Positions 7,849-15,938 of a stretch of 64,000 nucleotides of DNA are shown piece by piece. The notes beneath the pieces are model-generated. The model did no database searches, had not been told where the DNA came from, and worked only from the letters and a program-made list of their open reading frames with translations. The stretch lies in IMG/VR virus record IMGVR_UViG_3300020470_001965, one strand, 5' to 3'. Position 1 is the stretch's first letter, and each line of letters begins with the position of its first letter. A program made the position numbers and the translations under genes. Source of the stretch: a virus.

Positions 7849-8172
7849 ATGCGTAAAATCGAATCTGAAATGAATTCAGCAATTCGCCAGCGTCGCAACT
7901 GGAGCAAAGCAAACACTTCAGTCACAGTAACGGATCGAGTGGTAAATGTTCATCTACACGGCAACCTAATTGCACGTATTGGTGATACATTCATTCAAAT
8001 CTTTGACGGTGGTTGGCAATCAGTCACCACAAAATCAAGACTAAATGCTATTTTGGATGAGGTAAGTTATGGTGCTGGTGTATTCCAACAAAACTGGAAT
8101 TGGTATCTAAATGATAACAAGTTCGGCACAGTTCCTTTCTTCTCAGGCATTGAAGTTTCAGCAGATAGTTAA
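7849..8172 (+). CDS. conserved-looking phage hypothetical protein (MRKIESEMNSAI...DGGWQSVTTKSRLNA)
   Basis: ATG 7849 follows promoter and leader; the TTG at 7816 lies inside the hairpin. Confidence 0.75.
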   Translation: MRKIESEMNSAIRQRRNWSKANTSVTVTDRVVNVHLHGNLIARIGDTFIQIFDGGWQSVTTKSRLNAILDEVSYGAGVFQQNWNWYLNDNKFGTVPFFSGIEVSADS

Positions 8173-8181
8173 CAACTATCA

Positions 8182-8209
8182 CGACCTGATTATGTCGCTA
8201 AACTAATCA
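8182..8209 (+). other. predicted compact H-type RNA pseudoknot
   Basis: CGAC/GTCG stem; loop TGATTA complementary to downstream TAATCA after linker CTAAAC. Confidence 0.5.
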
Positions 8210-8238
8210 TTTTTCATGTCAAATTGCATCCACTAATT

Positions 8239-8355
8239 ATGTCACAGTCTTACAATGTTGCCTCTGTTCGTTATCTAACTGAAGACCTCAGTAAGTGTCA
8301 ATCAGGCAACGAATTACTCAGAGTTATTGATGCTTGGATAGCAAACAATAACTAA
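8239..8355 (+). CDS. small hypothetical protein (38 aa, MSQSYNVASVRYLTEDL...)
   Basis: Hand-translated; followed by a terminator. Confidence 0.45.
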   Translation: MSQSYNVASVRYLTEDLSKCQSGNELLRVIDAWIANNN

Positions 8356-8362
8356 CATTTAT

Positions 8363-8388
8363 GGGGGTGCAATCACACCCCCTATTTT
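8363..8388 (+). terminator. intrinsic terminator
   Basis: GGGGGTG-CAATCA-CACCCCC then TATTTT. Confidence 0.65.
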
Positions 8389-8408
8389 AATACTTTGCGA
8401 GCATAATC

Positions 8409-8597
8409 ATGTCTTTTTCAGTTGCACTCAGTCCAGCACACTTTCAGGCACTTAAGAATCATTTAGTGGACGAATATGGTTATATGTCAGCATATCTAAA
8501 TAATCTTACTATTCATCAAGTATGCGAAGAAATTAGGAATAGAGATGATATTGATTTTATCAAATTACTTGACCAAACTAATCCTTTAATCCCCTAA
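8409..8597 (+). CDS. hypothetical protein
   Basis: 62 aa ORF. Confidence 0.55.
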   Translation: MSFSVALSPAHFQALKNHLVDEYGYMSAYLNNLTIHQVCEEIRNRDDIDFIKLLDQTNPLIP

Positions 8598-8813
8598 ATC
8601 TCCACATGCAAATTAACACAAACTCAATCAAAGATACAGTCCACGGTGACACATTGCAACGGATCTATCATTCAGTTACTAACAATCAACCAACTCAAAT
8701 CATCCGTCCGCAAAGTGTGTACAATCCACCCAGATCACGCAACTTGAGTATACTTAATGACTAATACATAGTTTACACAGTATTACACAGTACGCGCTAA
8801 TTTTTTCCACATC

Positions 8814-9452
8814 ATGTCAACAACTGACCCACTATCTGACACACTAAGTGACAAGATCCAACATGAAACTTATGGTCTATTTCCTATACCTGTCACCAAG
8901 TATTCTGTCCCAAATCATTCACATTTAAAAGAGCAAATCTTATTGTGGATGAATGAATCTAAAATACTAGAAAAGCATGGGAGAGAAGCAATTTGCCACA
9001 ATGTTGCCCAGATAGGTAATAACAATGAGGTTGTAAATGCAATTCCTGAGTTATATCGTACAATCATAGATGCAGTCGAGAAACATAACAATAACAGCAT
9101 CAAATATAAGTCTAAGTTCTCAATTAATGATAGTTACCTTGAGTTAGCATCAGAAGGGGCAATTTACGCACCCCACGAAGTTAGTAACTGTCTCTACAGT
9201 TTGTGTTACTTTATCAACTACAATCCTGCCGACCATTCTTTTATGAAATGGAGACGCAATATAAGTTCTAATCATTACCCCATAATTCAAATCGATTCTT
9301 TAGAACTTACACCCTACAATATGACAGAAGCAACATTTGAAATTAGTGAAGGAGATATTGTTATTTTTCCCTCTAATCTTACGCATGGTTATGATACTAA
9401 CCCTAAGAATGAGAGAATAACACTTACTGCCAATATTACACCATCTAATTAA
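8814..9452 (+). CDS. 2OG-Fe(II) oxygenase-like protein (TIGR02466-type)
   Basis: LFPIPV start, PHEVSN, EGDIVIFPSNLTHG, ERITLTANI. Confidence 0.8.
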   Translation: MSTTDPLSDTLSDKIQHETYGLFPIPVTKYSVPNHSHLKEQILLWMNESKILEKHGREAICHNVAQIGNNNEVVNAIPELYRTIIDAVEKHNNNSIKYKSKFSINDSYLELASEGAIYAPHEVSNCLYSLCYFINYNPADHSFMKWRRNISSNHYPIIQIDSLELTPYNMTEATFEISEGDIVIFPSNLTHGYDTNPKNERITLTANITPSN

Positions 9453-9459
9453 CAATGAG

Positions 9460-9504
9460 TTTTCCACACAGTTATTCACACTTTTCCACAGTAATTGTTG
9501 AAAA
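9460..9504. promoter_or_regulatory. cluster of DnaA-box-like 9-mers
   Basis: TTTTCCACA 9460, TTATTCACA 9472, TTTTCCACA 9482, inverted TGTTGAAAA 9496; more at 8803, 9813, 9827. Confidence 0.65.
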
Positions 9505-9626
9505 CAGTGTATATTTTAAATGTCGAAATAAATGTAGTTGTGTGATATTTAATTCGAGTTAAATGCAGCGGAGTTGTTGTTATCTAAGAGCGTAACACAT
9601 CGCCAGATTTTTGTCAACAACTCACA

Positions 9627-9682
9627 GACATATTACAAAGTGTCCACTATCACTTGACTTTGCCCAATTTTTCCACTATTAT
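9627..9682 (+). promoter_or_regulatory. early promoter cassette
   Basis: GACA...AAGTGTCCAC 9638-9647, TTGACT 9654-9659, 17 bp spacer, TATTAT 9677-9682. Confidence 0.8.
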
Positions 9683-9704
9683 ACATCTATCGCAACTAAT
9701 TCCA

Positions 9705-9893
9705 ATGGGAAGGACTTACAAACGAAATGACCCCTATTCATCACATAGGGCGAAAAGTTTGAGAGAAAAGCGTAAACAATCGAGAAGCAAATCTCGAAGC
9801 GTTGATGATACTTTTTCCACAGATTATGCGGATAAGTATCACAAACCCCGCACACAGTTTGATTCACATACGGAGGACAATCGTCATGGATGA
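9705..9893 (+). CDS. small basic protein (MGRTYKRNDP...KSLREKRKQSR)
   Basis: ATG 9705 after the promoter; the ORF-track start at 9654 is the -35 box. Confidence 0.65.
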   Translation: MGRTYKRNDPYSSHRAKSLREKRKQSRSKSRSVDDTFSTDYADKYHKPRTQFDSHTEDNRHG

Positions 9894-9987
9894 GACTAAC
9901 TACAACCCACTCGAATCTGACTGGGTTGATGATATGTTATACGAGGACGATTACTCCACTGATTGTGAAGAATTGCCCACAGATTAA
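9886..9987 (+). CDS. very acidic 33 aa peptide
   Basis: GGAGG RBS upstream; MDETNYNPLESDWVDDMLYEDDYSTDCEELPTD. Confidence 0.5.
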   Translation: MDETNYNPLESDWVDDMLYEDDYSTDCEELPTD

Positions 9988-10024
9988 CCCCCCATTCTTT
10001 GCCCTTTCTTGCCCCTTATTTGCC

Positions 10025-10198
10025 ATGACCAAAGTAACAACAATTCAATCACAATTTCCCTCAGTAGATGTTAAATTGTGGGAAAGAGGTAAGCGATACT
10101 TTTGGGCGTATAATTACGATGGATGTAATAAGAATGGACCGTTTAAATCTGAGAAGTTAGCATTAGCGGACGCACAACGATTAACGGAGGGAAACTAA
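10025..10198 (+). CDS. hypothetical protein (MTKVTTIQSQF...GPFKSEKLALADA)
   Basis: ATG 10025 within the 9890 ORF; TAATG coupling to the next gene. Confidence 0.6.
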   Translation: MTKVTTIQSQFPSVDVKLWERGKRYFWAYNYDGCNKNGPFKSEKLALADAQRLTEGN

Positions 10199-10386
10199 TG
10201 TCAATTCCAACCAAATTCGCAGCAATTCTTGATAATTATGATAAAGGATTACTGGGGATAAATGATACAATCGAAATGGCACAGTTGTTGATAGATACGG
10301 GGTTAAATGAGACCCTGCTACAGTATCAACAATTATGTGATTATTACATCGCTGAGGGTTTATGTTATGATGTGCAATATGAGTGA
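10198..10386 (+). CDS. hypothetical protein
   Basis: 62 aa, GGAGG RBS. Confidence 0.7.
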   Translation: MSIPTKFAAILDNYDKGLLGINDTIEMAQLLIDTGLNETLLQYQQLCDYYIAEGLCYDVQYE

Positions 10387-10414
10387 TTAAGTATTAAATA
10401 GTATACACACAGTT

Positions 10415-10518
10415 AGTAACACATATGGGCAGTGATTTGCCGTCCATTTGTGTTACTTAGCGTCCCGTTATATTAAAAACATCCCTATCGCTAACCTACA
10501 AAAGTATCACAGCGATAG
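10415..10518. repeat. two intergenic inverted repeats
   Basis: AGTAACACA...TGTGTTACT (10415-10457, imperfect long stem); CTATCGCT...AGCGATAG (10485-10518). Confidence 0.75.
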
Positions 10519-10551
10519 AAAAATATTTCTCAGTAAAAAAATTTCCCAGGT

Positions 10552-11037
10552 ATGTCGAGTCCCCAGAGGTTGAAAGAAAAGCAAGCACTAGAAGAGTTGC
10601 ACAGTGACTTGGTAGGTCGCCCTTGGCCTGGTAGAAGATATCCAGGGTGCTACGAGGTGATTCAACTATATGCGAAGAAAGTATTAGACAGGGACTTGAA
10701 AAACTTCAGTGGATTATACACAAGTTTCAAAGATGAAGCAGTGGCAGAAGAGAATGGGTTGTGGATAACCAAACCAACATGGGGAGAGCCATTAGACTTC
10801 TCAGTAATACAAGAGAATGATTTACTGCTTTATAAGATTTACACAGACGACCTCGGAGGCGGTTACTCTGCGAAGCTAGCAGACCGTGCTCCGAATCATG
10901 GTGCAGTTTATCTTGGCAATAAGTTTATCCTTCATCAGGTATGGCAGGAAGAAAGTAGAATAGATGATTTGACACATCCTTCATGTTATCTCTATCAGAC
11001 TAACTGTATAGGTGTAGTTAGGGAAAACACTACATAA
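10552..11037 (+). CDS. NlpC/P60-family protein (lambda gpK C-terminal-like)
   Basis: LVGRPW...GCYEVIQLY (catalytic Cys) and NHGAVYLGNKFILH (His...His). Confidence 0.75.
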   Translation: MSSPQRLKEKQALEELHSDLVGRPWPGRRYPGCYEVIQLYAKKVLDRDLKNFSGLYTSFKDEAVAEENGLWITKPTWGEPLDFSVIQENDLLLYKIYTDDLGGGYSAKLADRAPNHGAVYLGNKFILHQVWQEESRIDDLTHPSCYLYQTNCIGVVRENTT

Positions 11038-11063
11038 TGTAATTACAACTGAATACTAATGAT

Positions 11064-11228
11064 ATGAGCAAAAGGTATACTCTTACTATCATGGAGGATG
11101 AATACGGGGATTCATATCTTCAATTATCAGATGAATTGCTAGCAGAGTTTGACTGGGAAGTCGGAGATATGTTAGAATATAGTGAGGAGACTGATGGGTC
11201 TCTATGTTTGTTTAAGGTGGATGAATGA
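11064..11228 (+). CDS. AbrB/SpoVT-like small protein (54 aa)
   Basis: Hand-translated: ...YLQLSDELLAEFDWEVGDMLEYSEETDGSLCLFKV matches the AbrB swapped-hairpin pattern. Confidence 0.65.
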   Translation: MSKRYTLTIMEDEYGDSYLQLSDELLAEFDWEVGDMLEYSEETDGSLCLFKVDE

Positions 11229-11293
11229 GATATAATCAAATATGTCTTACGCTACTTGTGATTATTAACTTGATTAATCTAATAAAAAATTAG
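11225..11293 (+). CDS. 22 aa hydrophobic micro-ORF (MRYNQICLTLLVIINLINLIKN)
   Basis: ATGA overlap with the AbrB-like stop. Confidence 0.35.
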   Translation: MRYNQICLTLLVIINLINLIKN

Positions 11294-11333
11294 CGTCTGA
11301 AAAAATCCGAAAAATCCGCGAGGTGAATCTCTA

Positions 11334-11624
11334 ATGGGAAAATATGTGCATGGTGATGTGGTTGAAAAGATTGAGAAACCCATCCCTGAATTTAAGACTG
11401 ATGCCGAATTCATAAACTGGGCGTTTCAACAGCAAGCAGAAGCACTAACGAATCTTGCTAAACGTGTCGAGAGGGTAGAAATGGCACTACAAAAAATCCC
11501 TCCCCCTGGTGCCGATATGATTAAATATAAAATACCAGGTCAAGACGAATACTCTAACCTAAAAGAATTACTGGATAATCTGTTTGAGAGAATAAATACT
11601 ATCGAGACTGTAGTCGGTATATAA
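11334..11624 (+). CDS. hypothetical coiled-coil protein
   Basis: 96 aa, GAGGTG RBS, TAATG coupling to the next gene. Confidence 0.75.
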   Translation: MGKYVHGDVVEKIEKPIPEFKTDAEFINWAFQQQAEALTNLAKRVERVEMALQKIPPPGADMIKYKIPGQDEYSNLKELLDNLFERINTIETVVGI

Positions 11625-14600
11625 TGGCAGCCTATGTCCAGGAGACTGGTAGAAGTTTTCCCAATCCTACCACATCAGGTAATTTCACTCAAGTGTTTAA
11701 AAGACCCCAGAGTGGAGATTACAGGACTCATGGCGACTATCCTAATGTAGGTAGTGGTGCAAATGATTATAGGATAACCTTTGAGGGTGCTGGTGCAGGA
11801 AGCATGCCACTCGGCAAAGATATTGTCCATTACCTAGGGGATGATGACCCAACGGTCATCGGTGGCACGAGACAAGCGATATACAGGCATTACAGAGGGT
11901 CTAAGGATGACCACAAGTATACCAATACTCCTGAGATACAAAAACAGGATATGGGTTGCGAGAATGAATCATGGAAGAAGGCAGCAAGAGGATATAATAA
12001 AGAGCCAAGGTCAGGAAGACCAGTATTCTGGTTGATGAGGGAGCAAGTAGAGAATGCTATACCTATCAAACAGTTTTATTCCTATTGGCCTGATGATACA
12101 CAACTATGTGCTGGTAGTAACGTCCCCACTGGATTAAATGGGGTAGGTTGTGGTAGAAACAAATATGTCGAATGTAATACCCTTGGGTATGCCTTTGCTA
12201 CAGAAGCACACGCACAGGAGTATTGCACAGGGTCTGAGGTGCCTGTACCGTTGTATGAGTATCTTCACCCCGACCCAGACCATTTTTATACTGTAGACCC
12301 TGCTAGTGAGGTAAACCTCGCTGACAACAGTCCTATACCTCCTCTGGACCCTATTCATAGGCAATACAGTTATTTGGGTATCCTTTGTTGGGTTTTTGCT
12401 GATGATGTCAGGGACCAACCTAATAAATTAGTAGTCGATATTGGTAAAATAGGTCCAACTGGTCAATGTATTGATAAATCTGGTTGGTATGACTATACAG
12501 ATGACGACCAATACTCCTATGGAGAGCCTGGATGGGGTACAGGAGGGTGGTCTGAGTTCATGTATCGTCAAATGCGTGACTCAAATGGTAATCATGTCGA
12601 AGGTCCACCAGCAATTAATGGTTGGGGTAACCCAGATAACGTAGAAGCACTGTCAAATGATGCATTTTTCGAGTGGTCCTATGGTTTAAGTGGTGCTGTG
12701 AAGGCATCTGTACCTAGATTCTTAGGTTTTGAGGATAGTTACGACTCACAATTCCTATATTATCTCTACGATACGACGTATCCGTGGAATGGACCCATAT
12801 ATTCAACGCAATATATCCTCTCAAACGCTCAATGTTGTCCAAATACGACTGACCCTGAGGGTTGTCCGCAGTGTGCTCCTGAATGGACCTACCATTCTCA
12901 CTTCTATGAGATACATGAGGACACTTGGGAGACCACAAAGTCCCGCATTACCATCTCAGACCAGAGTTCAGTCGGTGTAAAAGAGTCATTTTTCACTTGT
13001 GACACTGAAAGTAGACGTATTTTCTTCCGCTATATGACACGAGATGGTGATTTTAACAGCGGAGACCAGATAAATGGGTGGGATATTGTCTCAGTTTACT
13101 ATTTTGGAGACCAATTGAAGTGCGGAGTAATGGAATTTACTCAATTTGGTGCCGTAGGAAACACATTTTCCTATGAACAGCAGTTCACATCCTCTGATGG
13201 AGGTCAAATTAAGGTTCTTGCTGGTTACGGTATAGCAAATAAGGTTGCATTTACGGGTGTTTACGAATTTCCAAAGAAAGTTTCATACTGGAAAGTGCAA
13301 ATTAACCCTAAAGCACTCATTCCTTGGCGCACATTAGACGAAGCAGTGCTTGAAGCAGTCGTAGATGACGACGGAAGCATACATTCTGTCAATATTATCA
13401 ACGGAGGACGTGGATATATCGAGCCAACCATAGCGGTATTGCATCCTAGAGAGATGGAAGACTTCTCTCCTAACGATACTGCTAAGTTTATGGGTGATTC
13501 CGTCAGTATGGATGAGGACTGGAAGAAGACATTTAAGACACCAGAGTCCTCTCAGACGGTCATGGACAGCACGAGAGACACCCAGAAGACCTTTGGTGTC
13601 CATACAGGGGTAATTCCTATCCCAGAGGATAAGAATAGAGAAAGATTTCAGATGCGTAAGGCAATTCTTGAGATATCTGAGCTCAATGAGTTAGGTATAA
13701 TCAAGGCAGTACGTGTTGTAGACGGTGGTGCGGGATATTCACAGGCAGATTTACCTAAAGTTATCGTTGCAGAGCCTGAGCACATCAAGTGGGATAGTGC
13801 TAAAGAGGACGGTGCGCCTGACCCACAAGCATTTGGCGCAACTAATACACAACTTACGGATGGTATTGGTGGTGGTATCGAAGGAGGCGCACAAGGATTC
13901 GATGAAGACGGAGATAATATGCAGTATATCAACTCCTCATTTGACTTAATTAAGTCAGGTAAGGCAGTTGACGTACCTGATAGTTACATACGCGCAGCAG
14001 AATTGTCAGAGGACACCACATCTTACTGTATGAATCTGCCAGCAGCGTGTATTGAGATTGGTCCTGGTGTAGGTTTGATATCTAATGCGATGCCTGACAG
14101 GGAACAGTTTAGTCAAGTTTCCTCAATGTCCCCAGGTATAGCGCAATTTGAAAAGGATGTAATGCCTTTCGCTATGCAAGGAGCGCAACAGGTAGACAGC
14201 TATGTTGAGAATCAGTCTCACCTGTATGGTCCTTTCGGAAAGGATAGATGTATAAAGACAGGGCAACCAAAACTCTATAACATTACTCGATGGTTTGATA
14301 TGCCCTGTGCGTATTTAGATGTCGGTGATGATGGTGTGCAGAAAGCATTTGGTTGGTTACCTTACAAGTATTGTGCATCCAAACAAGAATTAGCATCATA
14401 CAGAGTATCCATTGAGTGTGAGGGTAAGATTACAGGATCTCAAGGTGAGGACTGTATGGATTGGATTCAATCCCTACCTAAACCACACATGATGCGGAGA
14501 AGAGACCCACAGGGTAATGCTGGTAAGAGGACTTGGAATTGTAGACGAGGAAGTATACAAGGTAGATGTTATAGAGATCCTAATAATAGCGCAGATATTA

Positions 14601-15205
14601 TCTTTGTCCCCGTAGGACTAGATGAGAATACGTGGGACTATAACAGAAGTAACTTCACAGAGCTCGAGCAATTGCAGATGTGGGCTGGTAGTAATATTAG
14701 TAGTAGCGCAGCAGTGCAGACATGGTTAGGACACCCTACGGCACAAGACCCTGCTGGTACTCCGCACTCGGTAGACTATACTGCGCTTACGGTAGCATCG
14801 TGTAGTAACGGACAACCACCTAATGATTGTTGGGATAGGTATGTGCGCGGAGTGGTTGCTAATGATGGTCCGTTGAGAGTGTATTGCGGATATGATAATG
14901 ACGGTAATGGTATAGCAGGTAATACATTCTGTGGTACTCCTGAACTATATGATGCCTGCGTAGCACTGGATAAGTGTATGGATGCATCTATTGCTATCAA
15001 CCCTAACAGGATGAAGGGGACTGGTTCAAATAAAGTAATGATGATGGGACCATATAATGGTACAATGACCGTGCGGAATAATCTGACAGGTAGTATAAAT
15101 GCACTAGACAGAGCAATCCGTAACTATGGTAACCCATACTTCGATGAATGCAGTCAAACTGACTCTTGGACTGATGGCACTACATTGAATGAGGAGTTTA
15201 AATAA
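11624..15205 (+). CDS. large Cys-rich virion structural protein
   Basis: 1193 aa; PLYEY...DHFYT repeat motif; V.IINGGRGY / VVDGGAGY repeats shared with gp7 and gp8; AATAAATA late-promoter variant at about 11591. Confidence 0.75.
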   Translation: MAAYVQETGRSFPNPTTSGNFTQVFKRPQSGDYRTHGDYPNVGSGANDYRITFEGAGAGSMPLGKDIVHYLGDDDPTVIGGTRQAIYRHYRGSKDDHKYTNTPEIQKQDMGCENESWKKAARGYNKEPRSGRPVFWLMREQVENAIPIKQFYSYWPDDTQLCAGSNVPTGLNGVGCGRNKYVECNTLGYAFATEAHAQEYCTGSEVPVPLYEYLHPDPDHFYTVDPASEVNLADNSPIPPLDPIHRQYSYLGILCWVFADDVRDQPNKLVVDIGKIGPTGQCIDKSGWYDYTDDDQYSYGEPGWGTGGWSEFMYRQMRDSNGNHVEGPPAINGWGNPDNVEALSNDAFFEWSYGLSGAVKASVPRFLGFEDSYDSQFLYYLYDTTYPWNGPIYSTQYILSNAQCCPNTTDPEGCPQCAPEWTYHSHFYEIHEDTWETTKSRITISDQSSVGVKESFFTCDTESRRIFFRYMTRDGDFNSGDQINGWDIVSVYYFGDQLKCGVMEFTQFGAVGNTFSYEQQFTSSDGGQIKVLAGYGIANKVAFTGVYEFPKKVSYWKVQINPKALIPWRTLDEAVLEAVVDDDGSIHSVNIINGGRGYIEPTIAVLHPREMEDFSPNDTAKFMGDSVSMDEDWKKTFKTPESSQTVMDSTRDTQKTFGVHTGVIPIPEDKNRERFQMRKAILEISELNELGIIKAVRVVDGGAGYSQADLPKVIVAEPEHIKWDSAKEDGAPDPQAFGATNTQLTDGIGGGIEGGAQGFDEDGDNMQYINSSFDLIKSGKAVDVPDSYIRAAELSEDTTSYCMNLPAACIEIGPGVGLISNAMPDREQFSQVSSMSPGIAQFEKDVMPFAMQGAQQVDSYVENQSHLYGPFGKDRCIKTGQPKLYNITRWFDMPCAYLDVGDDGVQKAFGWLPYKYCASKQELASYRVSIECEGKITGSQGEDCMDWIQSLPKPHMMRRRDPQGNAGKRTWNCRRGSIQGRCYRDPNNSADIIFVPVGLDENTWDYNRSNFTELEQLQMWAGSNISSSAAVQTWLGHPTAQDPAGTPHSVDYTALTVASCSNGQPPNDCWDRYVRGVVANDGPLRVYCGYDNDGNGIAGNTFCGTPELYDACVALDKCMDASIAINPNRMKGTGSNKVMMMGPYNGTMTVRNNLTGSINALDRAIRNYGNPYFDECSQTDSWTDGTTLNEEFK

Positions 15206-15738
15206 TGGCATTTGGTTTCCTAAGACCTGTATCCTCATTAAATGGATTACCGTGTAGTGGTCACGGACTTTGTTTGCCGTCTACAATCCACTCTGTACAG
15301 GCATGTGGTACTCCACCCATACCTTATAGTATTACAATTAAGAATTTTACATGTTGGTGGCCTCCACAACCATTGATTCCAATATTCCCAGTTACTCCTT
15401 TGAGAGCAACTGTATTGGTTAATGGTATTCCCATCATGTTAATGGGTGATACATTCACACCACACATTTCAGTATGTACCAATATTGTTGTGTACATTTG
15501 TCCTTGTGGTAAAGCGATGTGTCCCACCCCAACTCCTATACCGTGTAGCACTCTAACCATAGAAGATGCTGGAGGAGTTGGTCATATTAGGGTTTTACAA
15601 GCAACGACCGTAACGGTATTTGCTCTTAAACGACCTATAGCAAGGATACTAGACCCATTAGGGGTTGGATTCCCTGGATTTAGTTACCCTTGTTCATCTG
15701 TAGTTGCCTGGGGGCATGCAACTGTGCTAGCATCATAG
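15205..15738 (+). CDS. PAAR-domain spike tip protein (T4 gp5.4-like) with Cys-rich insertions
   Basis: GHG..., TVLVNGIPIMLMGD...H, TVFALKRPIARILD, CSSVVAWGHATV; upstream of gp25. Confidence 0.8.
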   Translation: MAFGFLRPVSSLNGLPCSGHGLCLPSTIHSVQACGTPPIPYSITIKNFTCWWPPQPLIPIFPVTPLRATVLVNGIPIMLMGDTFTPHISVCTNIVVYICPCGKAMCPTPTPIPCSTLTIEDAGGVGHIRVLQATTVTVFALKRPIARILDPLGVGFPGFSYPCSSVVAWGHATVLAS

Positions 15739-15753
15739 AAACTTGAGGTTAAA

Positions 15754-15900
15754 ATGGCAAAATCGACAACTGGAGCATGGGGAACTGGGTCATATGTGAC
15801 TCCAAACCCGAAAAAAACACGTCAAGGTAACAGCAAAAACACAAAATATGCTGCTACTTCTCGTAATGGTGCTAGAAAGAAGTACAAAGGTCAAGGTTAA
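15754..15900 (+). CDS. small basic protein (48 aa, ...PKKTRQG...KKYKGQG)
   Basis: Hand-translated, GAGG RBS; fills the PAAR-gp25 gap. Confidence 0.7.
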   Translation: MAKSTTGAWGTGSYVTPNPKKTRQGNSKNTKYAATSRNGARKKYKGQG

Positions 15901-15903
15901 CCC

Positions 15904-15911
15904 TATAAATA
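15904..15911 (+). promoter_or_regulatory. T4-type late promoter
   Basis: Exact TATAAATA upstream of gp25. Confidence 0.85.
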
Positions 15912-15938
15912 ACTTTATACTTGCACTAAATATAAGGA

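Noticed and set aside
8706-8718. GTCCGCAAAGTGT, identical to 7728-7740, as another promoter cassette
   Set aside because: Continues GTAC rather than CCAC and lies within a possible 52 aa ORF (from 8607); a TATACT occurs at about 8749, so it remains possible but is too uncertain to call
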